From: Thermodesulfobacteriota bacterium | Lineage (GTDB): Bacteria; Desulfobacterota; Desulfobacteria; Desulfobacterales; JARGFK01 | Direction of reading: 5' to 3' | DNA: 64,000 bases | Assembly: GCA_040757625.1 (NCBI GenBank) | Contig: JBFLWU010000007.1 | Coordinates: forward strand, 1,110-65,109 | In this document: piece after piece, positions 1-7,726 of the stretch | Layout: each line of letters starts with the position of its first letter | How positions within the stretch are numbered: position 1 is the stretch's first letter | Program-made: the position numbers and the translations under genes | The notes under the pieces: generated by a model | Told to the model about the DNA's origin: nothing | The model's database searches: none | Seen by the model: only the letters and a program-made list of their open reading frames with translations

Positions 1-59
1 TGTTTGGATAAATGTTTTTTTACGGGTTTTACAAGGTACCACAGGCTGGATGACGAATA

Positions 60-158
60 GCAGGGAGGTTGAGAAAAAAGGGCGCAAGGCTTGCGGCGCG
101 GGACGGAAGCAAAAGGTTGAGGCTAAGGGGGAGGCTAAGGTTGAGGTTGCGATTTAGA
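60..158. repeat. word-array arm (AAGGTTGAGG / GGCTAAGG words), left arm of an inverted pair around the four-helix-bundle gene
   Basis: The arm reads ...AAAAGGTTGAGGCTAAGGGGGAGGCTAAGGTTGAGGTTGCGATTTAGA. Its complement words lie at 577-645. Confidence 0.7.
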
Positions 159-165
159 CTCATTT

Positions 166-540
166 TCACCTTTTTTTATCAATTTTCTTTTTAAGCGCCA
201 CAATAACTCTATTGATGTCTTTCCAAATGGAATGGATTTGATCGTTTAACTCATTAAGCTTATCATCGCTAAAATATTTTATCCGATTTCCGTATATTAG
301 ATGAGATTTTGTTTCGGAAAGTGATCCTCTGGCATGATAATAAAAATTTAATTTGTCAAGGGTATGTTCCCTTCCAAACGACTCAGCAATATTGGCGGAA
401 ACTGATAATGCGGATCTTCTTATCTGCGAAGTAAGACCAAAATCTTCTGTTTTGGGGAGTTTCTCCGAAAGATCAAATATTCTAACTGCTAGATCCATAG
501 AACTTTTCCAAACCGGCATTTCTTCAAATGACTTATACAT
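166..540 (-). CDS. four-helix-bundle protein (23S rRNA intervening-sequence protein family, PF05635/TIGR02436-like)
   Basis: 124-aa ORF with ATG at 538-540. Family-typical helices are present: FEEMPVWKSSMDLAVRIFDLSEKLPK, QIRRSALSVSANIAESFGR and ARGSLSETKSHL. Confidence 0.85.
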   Translation of the reverse strand: MYKSFEEMPVWKSSMDLAVRIFDLSEKLPKTEDFGLTSQIRRSALSVSANIAESFGREHTLDKLNFYYHARGSLSETKSHLIYGNRIKYFSDDKLNELNDQIHSIWKDINRVIVALKKKIDKKR

Positions 541-576
541 TTTTTCACCAGTAACTCTTAAATCAGCAATCTTTTT

Positions 577-645
577 CTAAATCTCTCCTTCAACCTTTCC
601 CTTATTCTTCCATCCTTTCCTTAACCTTAGCCTTAACCTTTCCCT
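577..645. repeat. word-array arm (CCTTAACC / CCTTAGCC words), right arm of the inverted pair
   Basis: The arm reads TCTAAATCTCTCCTTCAACCTTTCCC...CCTTAACCTTAGCCTTAACCTTTCCC. Its inner end TCTAAATC mirrors GATTTAGA at 151-158. Confidence 0.7.
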
Positions 646-2864
646 TACTTATTGACGACTTTCTTAAGCACTTCGCTTTTTAACGTTTCATTGTCTTCGG
701 GCACGATTCCCAGGACCACGGCGTCGTCGGGATGATACTCCCACACCCGTTCCACGGCCTGCTGCCAGCGCCCGGGATTGAGGGCCAGCGAGCGCCGGAA
801 CAGGTCCTGGAATTTTCTGACAGCGGCCCTTTGGGTACGGACAGCCCCGGCAGGGGGCGGCTCGCCGCCATTGGCGTTTTCCGGCAGCATGCCGGCCCGC
901 CAGACCCAGTACCAGGCAATGTTGAAGAGGATGTTGGGATCATTGGGGGAACTTTTAACCGCCTGGTCGAAACAGGCCTCTGCCAGGGGCAGCCAGCGGT
1001 GAACATAATCGTAGGGATCGTAGCTGCGCAGGGAATAGCGCTGACCCAACTCGTACCAGTAGATTTCGCTGGCCGGGTTCAGGCGCACCGCCCCCTCCAG
1101 GGCTGAGATTGCCGCCTCGTTGTATTCGCGCCGCTCCATCTCATGGGCGGATTTTGCCCGCATGTACAGAGCGGCCTTTTTAAAATAATACTCGGCATTG
1201 GCCGGGTTGATTTCGATGGCCCGCTGCACCTCGATGAGCTGGGGGTCCCAGTTCAGGTTCAGGGTGGCGTTCCACTCGGTGGGGGCCTTGACCTCGGCCC
1301 TGAAATGCCGGACGCTGAAGACCATTGCGGCCGCCAGCGCAGCCAGCAGGACCCCCGCCGCAATATGGCGCTGCCGGGCGTTCAGGGCGATTTCCCGGGT
1401 CCGGTAAAAAAAGCGCTCCTTGATGCCGCGCCCCTCACGGTGCAGGACCGCATAGCCCAGGGCCAGGACCGCCGCCAGGGTCAGGGGATTGGCCGGTATG
1501 TGCATGTTCAGTTCGAAATAACTGTGAAAAGCAAGCGCCAGGAGCCCGGCCATCACGCCGGCCCCCACTCCCAGAGCATAGAGATCCCGCCGGTAGCGCC
1601 ACACCCGGATCATCCTGAAAAGAAATAAAATAAAGGCCGCCGCGATCAGGAAGCCGCCGGCCAGGCCCGCCTCGCTCAGGGCCTCGATCCAGTCGTTGTG
1701 GGCGTGACCGCTGGAGGATACCCGGTTGAAATCATCCGGGGAAAAGCGCGGGTATACATGGCGGAAGTTGCCCCAGCCCACCCCGGCCGCTTTATAGGCG
1801 TTCACCATGGGCACGATCGTGCGGGTGATGAACAGGCGCTCCTCCAGCCCCTGCACCTGTTCAAAGCGCTTGAGCGTCCGGTCAATGCCGATATGCACCC
1901 CGTAAAAGAGAGCCAAGACGCAGAACAGGACGGCCAGGCCGCCGTATTTGCGATACCCCTGCTTGCTGAAAAAAATGACGGCGATCCCCAGCATGGCCGC
2001 GCCCATGGCCAGGATGCCGCCCCGGGAGCCCGACATCAGGAGCGCCAAGGTCATCACGACGGCGGCAAAAAAGAAGAAAATCATGCGGGGGCTGGCCGAC
2101 TCCGGCGCGAACAGCCCCACCAGCCGCTGCAGAGCCGCCCGTCCGCCCCCCAGCCCGGAAACGATCCGGCCGCGGCGCCGGCGCTGGGCGATCATGAACC
2201 CGAACAGGAGCAGGACTGCCATCTCGAGATACCCGGCATAGTGGTTGGCCCCGGTAAAGGTGCCGCTGGCCCGTCCGCCGGCCACCGTCGGACTCAGCCA
2301 CCACCACACCCTGGGTTGGGCGCTGAACAGCTGGTAGATTCCGTACAGGGCTTCGAACAGCCCCATAAAAACCAGGACATAGATCAGGATGTCCATCCGC
2401 TTTTTGGAGCGCAGCGTGTTGAGCGTTAAAAAAAACATCCCCAGATAGGTGATCAGCTTAAGCCCCTGGATAATCACCGGGTGAAGAAAATACGCCAACG
2501 GCATCCAGCCGCCGGCCCCTGCGCCTGCCCGGGTGAGCACGTCATTGAGGACCTGCTTGTCCGCAAAGGTCCGGGGCGATAAAAAAGCCGCCCAGGAGGG
2601 CGGCAGCGGGACGAGCTGCAGGCCGATGAAACCGACCAGCAGGAGCAGAAACAGGTTGGCCGGGGTTTTTACCCACGCCGGACCGCCGCTTTTGGAAAAT
2701 ATGAAGCGGTCCAAGACCCACAGGCCCAGCAGGACGAACACCCCCAGCTCCACCAGGGTGTAGGCCCACACGTGCAGGGCGCCGAAGGCCAGCGGCGCAA
2801 AGACCAGCAGGGTGATGATCCCGGCGAAAATGATCCGGTCCGCTTTGCTTTGCTTTGGAATCAT
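645..2864 (-). CDS. O-antigen ligase-like (Wzy_C/WaaL family) polytopic membrane protein with C-terminal TPR-like domain
   Basis: Many TM helices; motifs SGSRGGILAMGAAML and GHAHNDWIEALSEAGLAG are typical of O-antigen ligase family proteins. The C-terminal ~250 aa is repeat-helical (AEYYFKKAALYMRA..., YWYELGQRY...). The ORF track starts at a GTG (2900) inside a repeat; I prefer the ATG at 2864 (MIPKQSK). Confidence 0.75.
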   Translation of the reverse strand: MIPKQSKADRIIFAGIITLLVFAPLAFGALHVWAYTLVELGVFVLLGLWVLDRFIFSKSGGPAWVKTPANLFLLLLVGFIGLQLVPLPPSWAAFLSPRTFADKQVLNDVLTRAGAGAGGWMPLAYFLHPVIIQGLKLITYLGMFFLTLNTLRSKKRMDILIYVLVFMGLFEALYGIYQLFSAQPRVWWWLSPTVAGGRASGTFTGANHYAGYLEMAVLLLFGFMIAQRRRRGRIVSGLGGGRAALQRLVGLFAPESASPRMIFFFFAAVVMTLALLMSGSRGGILAMGAAMLGIAVIFFSKQGYRKYGGLAVLFCVLALFYGVHIGIDRTLKRFEQVQGLEERLFITRTIVPMVNAYKAAGVGWGNFRHVYPRFSPDDFNRVSSSGHAHNDWIEALSEAGLAGGFLIAAAFILFLFRMIRVWRYRRDLYALGVGAGVMAGLLALAFHSYFELNMHIPANPLTLAAVLALGYAVLHREGRGIKERFFYRTREIALNARQRHIAAGVLLAALAAAMVFSVRHFRAEVKAPTEWNATLNLNWDPQLIEVQRAIEINPANAEYYFKKAALYMRAKSAHEMERREYNEAAISALEGAVRLNPASEIYWYELGQRYSLRSYDPYDYVHRWLPLAEACFDQAVKSSPNDPNILFNIAWYWVWRAGMLPENANGGEPPPAGAVRTQRAAVRKFQDLFRRSLALNPGRWQQAVERVWEYHPDDAVVLGIVPEDNETLKSEVLKKVVNK

Positions 2865-2894
2865 AATCTTTTTTTTGACAGGCAAATCATATCT

Positions 2895-3096
2895 CACCAC
2901 AGAGGCACAGAGGCCACGGAGAAGCTTTTCTTTTTGCCCATCGGGAGACGGCGATGGGCAAAAACTGCCTTATTAATCAAAGCATTGACGCCGCATAAGT
3001 TAATAGCAGCTACAGGACGCGTATTTAATCCGAACCGGCATCTCCCGGTTCAGATTAATAGATTCACCTCTCTGTGTCCTCTGTGCCTCTGTGGTG
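2895..3096. repeat. RE-A composite element (two inverted half-units)
   Basis: The left half is CACCACAGAGGCACAGAGGCCACGGAG plus hairpin TTTTGCCCATCG-GGAGACGG-CGATGGGCAAAA. The right half is hairpin (C)TGAACCGG-CATCTC-CCGGTTCAG plus CTCTGTGTCCTCTGTGCCTCTGTGGTG. Confidence 0.85.
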
Positions 3097-3101
3097 AAAA
3101 T

Positions 3102-3296
3102 TCAGTTTGCCAGGCGTTTTATGCCCTCTTTCAGCACATGCACATTAAAAATGATCAACAGGCCATGCTTTATACCGGCAATCTTTAGATAGGTCAGCAG
3201 CTGAGCCTCGTGAATCGGCGATATCTGCTCACAGGCCTTCAGTTCGATATTGGCAACATTTCCAAGCTGAGCAGGATTCTTTTCTTCAGCCGGCAT
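3102..3296 (-). pseudogene. truncated duplicate of the GxxExxY gene (C-terminal ~50 codons only)
   Basis: Positions 3101-3253 are near-identical at the DNA level to 3356-3508, the 3' end of the intact gene. The peptide [40 protein letters not shown] is retained. The N-terminal part is replaced by an RE-A half element. Confidence 0.8.
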
Positions 3297-3350
3297 CTCC
3301 CGACTGAAGAAAATATAATCTATCCTCTGTGTCCTCTGTGCCTCTGTGGT
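3271..3350. repeat. RE-A solo half-unit (CAGCCGG-stem subtype)
   Basis: The unit reads GCAGGATTCTTTTCTTCAGCCGG-CATCTC-CCGACTGAAGAAAA...CCTCTGTGTCCTCTGTGCCTCTGTGGT and ends 6 nt from the GxxExxY stop codon. Confidence 0.85.
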
Positions 3351-3356
3351 AAAAAT

Positions 3357-3740
3357 TCAGTTTGCCAGGCGTTTTATGCCCTCTTTCAGCACAGGCACAT
3401 TAAAATTGATCAACAGGCCATGCTTTATACCGGCAATCTTTAGATAGGTCAGCAGCTGAGCCTCGTGAATCGGCGATATCTGCTCACAGGCCTTCAGTTC
3501 GACAATCAGTTTGTCCGCAACAACCAGGTCCAGCCTGTAGCCGCAATCAACCTTCAAGCCTTTATATTCCACGGGCAACTCTTTTTGGCTGACAAAGGGA
3601 ATTTTTCTTAAATCAAGTTCCAGGCAAAGGCAGCGCTCGTAAGCGTTTTCAAGCAAGCCCGGCCCCAAAATCTTGTGGACTTCAATGGCGGCCCCGATTA
3701 CATCGCCGGTCAATTGGTTAATATCGCTATAGCTTTTCAA
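3357..3740 (-). CDS. GxxExxY protein (PD-(D/E)XK nuclease-fold family, TIGR04256/PF13366-like)
   Basis: 127 aa. GxxExxY motif GLLENAY; PD-(D/E)XK-like core [20 protein letters not shown] start 7 nt from a repeat terminus. Confidence 0.85.
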   Translation of the reverse strand: MKSYSDINQLTGDVIGAAIEVHKILGPGLLENAYERCLCLELDLRKIPFVSQKELPVEYKGLKVDCGYRLDLVVADKLIVELKACEQISPIHEAQLLTYLKIAGIKHGLLINFNVPVLKEGIKRLAN

Positions 3741-3747
3741 ATATAAT

Positions 3748-4126
3748 CACCACAGAGGCACGGAGAACACAGAGGGTACGCTTGTTTATTCGATCGGGAG
3801 ATGCCGATCGAATAAAAATCTGTCCGCTTATGAAAAATACCCTTAGATTTCCTCAGATCTCGATTATTCTTCTTTCAAATATTCAGGAACCGGATTTTGT
3901 TTATATTAAAACAGGATATGTGTTTTATCTGAACCGGCATCTCCCGGTTTAGACTAATAAATTTATCTCTCTGTGCCTTTGTGGTGAAATTATATTGGGC
4001 TGGTTTAAAGAACGCTTTGGGAATTGACAGTTATCAAGTTTTTCCAGGCAGGATCTTTTCTTCAGCCGGCATCTCCCGGCTGAAGAAAATCATTCTATCC
4101 TCCGTGACCTCTGTGTCTCCGTGGTG
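3748..4126. repeat. RE-A composite unit U1 (paired element 3748-3986 plus solo half 4045-4126)
   Basis: CACCACAGAGGCACGGAGAACACAGAGG plus hairpin TTTATTCGATCGG-GAGATG-CCGATCGAATAAA. Next comes hairpin TTATCTGAACCGG-CATCTC-CCGGTTTAGAC and ...CTCTGTGCCTTTGTGGTG. Then 14-bp stem TTTTCTTCAGCCGG-CATCTC-CCGGCTGAAGAAAA and ...CTCTGTGTCTCCGTGGTG. Confidence 0.85.
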
Positions 4127-4137
4127 AATTTAAGAGC

Positions 4138-4809
4138 CTAAATCGAAAACAGCGCCCTTATCTGCTTCACCAGCTTTAAATCGCTCAGGCTCTTTTGCGG
4201 AACGCCGCCCGCCGCCTTGCAGTACAATAACTCGGACAGGCTGCCCCAGAAGCGAACCATCTCCCGGTGGATCAGCTTGCGCCCGCCGGATGAAATCCAC
4301 AGTTTGCCCCGGTCCGCCGGCGGGCTGTATACCTGCACCTTGACGTTCTGACCCAGCAACTGCGCCTTGCACAAAAACAGGGAACGGGGCAGATGATACA
4401 GGGAGGTCACGAGAATGATGGAGCGAAACTGCCTGTCCTTTATGATTTTCCCGGCATAAAAGGCGTTTTCAAAGGTGGTCCGGGCCTTGTCCTCCTTCAC
4501 GACGGTTACGGTGTCCGGCAGCCCATACCGGCGCCGGTAGTTCGCCAGATGGTAGGAATCGGCCTGGGTGACCACCAGGTTGGGGGCATACCCCCGGCCG
4601 GCCAGGTTATAACCGGCTTCCACCCGTTCCCGGAACCCGTTGAATACAACAATGGCATCGGCGTTCGTGAGGCTGGGTTCTTTTTGAATGACGCGATAAA
4701 AATAAATTCCTTCGATGATGAACAGCAGTACGACCGCCGAAGCCGCGTAGAGGCAATATTTAATGATCTTTTTGGCGAGAGTCATGCGTTTACCGCAGAG
4801 AGGCCTCAC
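4138..4809 (-). CDS. DUF218 / YdcF-ElyC-SanA family protein with N-terminal membrane anchor
   Basis: 223 aa with an N-terminal TM helix. DAIVVFNG...GYAPNLVV...TTFENA...ILVTSLYHLPRS is typical of DUF218. An alternative ATG lies at 4785. Confidence 0.75.
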   Translation of the reverse strand: MRPLCGKRMTLAKKIIKYCLYAASAVVLLFIIEGIYFYRVIQKEPSLTNADAIVVFNGFRERVEAGYNLAGRGYAPNLVVTQADSYHLANYRRRYGLPDTVTVVKEDKARTTFENAFYAGKIIKDRQFRSIILVTSLYHLPRSLFLCKAQLLGQNVKVQVYSPPADRGKLWISSGGRKLIHREMVRFWGSLSELLYCKAAGGVPQKSLSDLKLVKQIRALFSI

Positions 4810-4865
4810 GTACTCAGAGGTGATTCATTTCCTAATCGATGGACAGATTCAGAAAAGTGTTTCTT

Positions 4866-5215
4866 ACCGCAGAGGCACAGAGAACGCAGAGGGTACGCTT
4901 GTTTATTCGATCGGGAGATGCCGATCGAATAAAAGCCCTTTCTCTGGATAGCATACGTTTTAACTGAAACGGAATCTCCCTGCTGATGAAAATCATACTC
5001 CCCTCTGTGCCCTCTGTGCCCTCTGTGCCTCTGTGGTGAAATTATATTGGTTAGATTTAAAGAACGCTCTCGGAGTCCTACGCACTGCATTCCAACACAA
5101 TCTCCTTGAGCTTAACAGGGATGATCAATTTTCAGGCAGGATCTATTTCAACAGCCGGCATCTCCCGGCTGATGAAAATTATTCTCCCCTCTGTGCCCTC
5201 TGTGTCTCTGTGGTG
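4866..5215. repeat. RE-A composite unit U2 (homologous to U1, same orientation)
   Basis: It has the same module order as U1, including GGTGAAATTATATTGG...TTTAAAGAACGCT and CAGGCAGGATCT. The terminal octamer CCCTCTGTG occurs three times at 4991-5038. Confidence 0.85.
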
Positions 5216-5338
5216 CATTACAATTTGGAATGTGGATCAGCGGCCGGAGCCGGTCAGGACCCCGCCGGCGGTTTTGAAAAAAATTTTGAAATCGAGTTAC
5301 AATGACTACTTGTAGCTGGAATTAGCAATGTAAATTTG

Positions 5339-6940
5339 TTAGTTGGTGTGAGAGTCTGTGTTGCTGTAGCTTCCGTTATTTCTCAGCTTGCCCGCTTTTT
5401 CCAATTTCTCAAACGCACCGATCATGGATCGGCGCAGGCTCTCGATGCGCTTTAAGGTGAAATTGTCCATGGCGCTGCGCTCAAGATCCTTTAACAGCAG
5501 CAGGGTGCCGTAATTTTTTTTGTCTTTGACGAATAACTGCATCTCCAGCCGGAACAGGCACCGGCTGCACAACTGCTCCGCGTCCGTTATGGGTTCAAGT
5601 GAGCACACCCAGTCGGGCGGCTCCCTGCGCATGCTGACGCTGGACATGGACACCGGCGTTTTGCGGCGCTCAGCGCTGTGCCCTTCGACATAACCGTTTG
5701 CCCCATTATTCTTTAACGTGTTTAAATATAGCGCGGCAAAATCAAAATCGAGCAGCCTCAACGCCTGACACACATTGTCCCACATGTTCTTCATGCTTTT
5801 GGAGTGGCCGATCTCGATCTGGATGCTCAGAAAGGTCCTGCGCTCATGACTGAACCCTGCTTCATCGGTCAGGTCCCTGAACCAGCCGTATATCTTGTCC
5901 GTGGCAAAATATTCGAAGTAGCCCAGCTTTCTAATAAATATGACAACGCCGGCGCCTAAAACAATCAGAAAAAGGCCGGCGCGTTCGTCCCGGATGTTCA
6001 CCAGAACCACCGCTACGACGCACAAAAAAAGCGTCATCAGATAGATAAAAAGGACCGCCTTTTTCGTTGTCAGGCCCATGGCCAGCAAGCGGTGATGCAC
6101 ATGGCCGTTGTCCGGCGCAAACATATTTTTCCCACGGATAAAACGACGCACCGGCGCCAGGATCGTATCAAAAATTGGTACTCCCAAAGCCAGGAGCGGT
6201 ATCAATAAAATAACACTTAACTGGCTCTTAAAAGAACCGATAATCGAAAGACCGGCAATGGCATATCCCAGAAAATAGCTCCCGCCGTCGCCCAAAAAGA
6301 TTGAAGCCGGATTAAAGTTGTATCGTAGAAACCCCAGCACGCTGCCGCCAAGGGCTGCAAACATCATGGCTGTAAAAAAATCATTCTTTAATACAGAAAA
6401 AATAACCATAACCACAGACGCAAATACCACAATACCACCAGCCAGACCATCCAGACCATCCACCAGGTTAATTGCATTAATTAAAAGTACAAACCAGAAG
6501 ATCGTCAGGACATAGCTTAAAATTCCAAACTCGATACTTAAACCCAAAATACGGAACCCTTCAATACGCACCCCACCCCAAAAAGCCAGACTGGCCGCCA
6601 GAATCTGAACAGCAAATTTCAACATATGACTTTGCCTCTTGAAATCATCCAAAAGGCCGATCATAAAAATAACTAAAGAACCGATAAAAAATAAAATATT
6701 TAAATGAGTTATTTCAATGCGGTTAACAACAGTCGTGTTAAAGAGTTTACTTATAATGAGCGCTAAGAAAAACGTGATAAAAACAGCCAAGCCGCCAGTT
6801 CTTGGAATTGGACGGTTGTGGACCTTTCTCGCATCAGGATTATCTAAAGCCCCCAATTTTATACCCAACCGTCGGGCAACTGGTGTTAGTAATAGCGAAA
6901 GAATCAATGTAAGTATAAATATCGTAAGAACCGTGGTCAT
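5339..6940 (-). CDS. undecaprenyl-phosphate HexNAc-1-phosphate transferase (MraY/WecA/WbpL family, GT4) with ~190-aa C-terminal extension
   Basis: 533 aa. DNPDARKVHNRPIPRTGGLAVF, NLVDGLDGLAGG and FLGDGGSYFLGY are motifs of polyprenyl-phosphate N-acetylhexosamine-1-P transferases. Residues ~345-533 are soluble and unassigned. Confidence 0.85.
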   Translation of the reverse strand: MTTVLTIFILTLILSLLLTPVARRLGIKLGALDNPDARKVHNRPIPRTGGLAVFITFFLALIISKLFNTTVVNRIEITHLNILFFIGSLVIFMIGLLDDFKRQSHMLKFAVQILAASLAFWGGVRIEGFRILGLSIEFGILSYVLTIFWFVLLINAINLVDGLDGLAGGIVVFASVVMVIFSVLKNDFFTAMMFAALGGSVLGFLRYNFNPASIFLGDGGSYFLGYAIAGLSIIGSFKSQLSVILLIPLLALGVPIFDTILAPVRRFIRGKNMFAPDNGHVHHRLLAMGLTTKKAVLFIYLMTLFLCVVAVVLVNIRDERAGLFLIVLGAGVVIFIRKLGYFEYFATDKIYGWFRDLTDEAGFSHERRTFLSIQIEIGHSKSMKNMWDNVCQALRLLDFDFAALYLNTLKNNGANGYVEGHSAERRKTPVSMSSVSMRREPPDWVCSLEPITDAEQLCSRCLFRLEMQLFVKDKKNYGTLLLLKDLERSAMDNFTLKRIESLRRSMIGAFEKLEKAGKLRNNGSYSNTDSHTN

Positions 6941-6949
6941 GATATAAGG

Positions 6950-7723
6950 CTAAATATTGGCGGGTTTATCAATGAATTGAGAGATTTTACGTAACGGTTT
7001 AAATATAAATGTCCAAGGATAAGGTTGAAGATTATTCACATTCCATGCCAGTTTGTCATTGCGGTTAGCCCTGTAACGATTCATAAAAGATGCATTGCTC
7101 TTTCCGCCCGTGCGCATCTTTACCAGCACTTTTGGAATATAAGCAGTTGAAATCATATTTTTCAACAAAAAACGAAGCATCAATTCATAATCCGCAGCTG
7201 ACCCCAGATCTAAATTGAAAAGGCCATATTTTTCATAAACGTTTCGTCTAACAAAAAAAGTCGGATGAGGAGGCATCCAGCCCCAATAAAATCGCTTCGC
7301 ATCATAATCCCCTGCCCTCCAGTAACGGACTGCTCGGTCTGTATTCTCCGGATCGACATAAACTAGGTCGCCGTAACAGGAATCGATCGATGGATCTTCA
7401 AACACCCCAGCCACACTTTCCAGAACATTCGGCGTGGGGTAAAAGTCATCGGCATTTAGTATGCCAATCACATTGCCTGACGCCATCGTAATGCCCTTGT
7501 TCATAGCGTCATATATACCCCCATCTGGTTCTGAAATAACCCGGTCGAAACAGTTTCTAAATTTTTCTAGTATGACAAGCGTTCCGTCTGTGGATGCGCC
7601 ATCAACAACGATGTGCTCTATTTCCCCCGCAGGATAAGACTGATTTTGCACACTTTCGATACAATTGCCAATCGTAAAGGCAGCATCTCGAACAACGGTA
7701 ATAATTGAAAACAATGCATTCAA
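6950..7723 (-). CDS. glycosyltransferase family 2
   Basis: 257 aa with a GT-A N-terminus (FSIITVVRDAAFTIGNCIESVQNQSYP...HIVVDGASTDGT) and NADDFY (DxD-like). Confidence 0.85.
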   Translation of the reverse strand: MNALFSIITVVRDAAFTIGNCIESVQNQSYPAGEIEHIVVDGASTDGTLVILEKFRNCFDRVISEPDGGIYDAMNKGITMASGNVIGILNADDFYPTPNVLESVAGVFEDPSIDSCYGDLVYVDPENTDRAVRYWRAGDYDAKRFYWGWMPPHPTFFVRRNVYEKYGLFNLDLGSAADYELMLRFLLKNMISTAYIPKVLVKMRTGGKSNASFMNRYRANRNDKLAWNVNNLQPYPWTFIFKPLRKISQFIDKPANI

Positions 7724-7726
7724 TCT

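Noticed and set aside
2772-3443. The ORFs 2772-3188 (+) and 3210-3443 (+), which share the peptide [36 protein letters not shown].
   Set aside because: The shared peptide is the antisense translation of the duplicated repeat terminus plus the GxxExxY 3' end. The minus-strand GxxExxY reading is the one with family motifs.
2895-5215. An integron-like cassette array, with the xerC at 40671 as its integrase.
   Set aside because: There is no intI-type integrase adjacent and no attC-like R''/R' (GTTRRRY) cores in the repeats. The XerC-type gene is 35 kb away in the conserved xerC-hslVU context and looks like the housekeeping recombinase.
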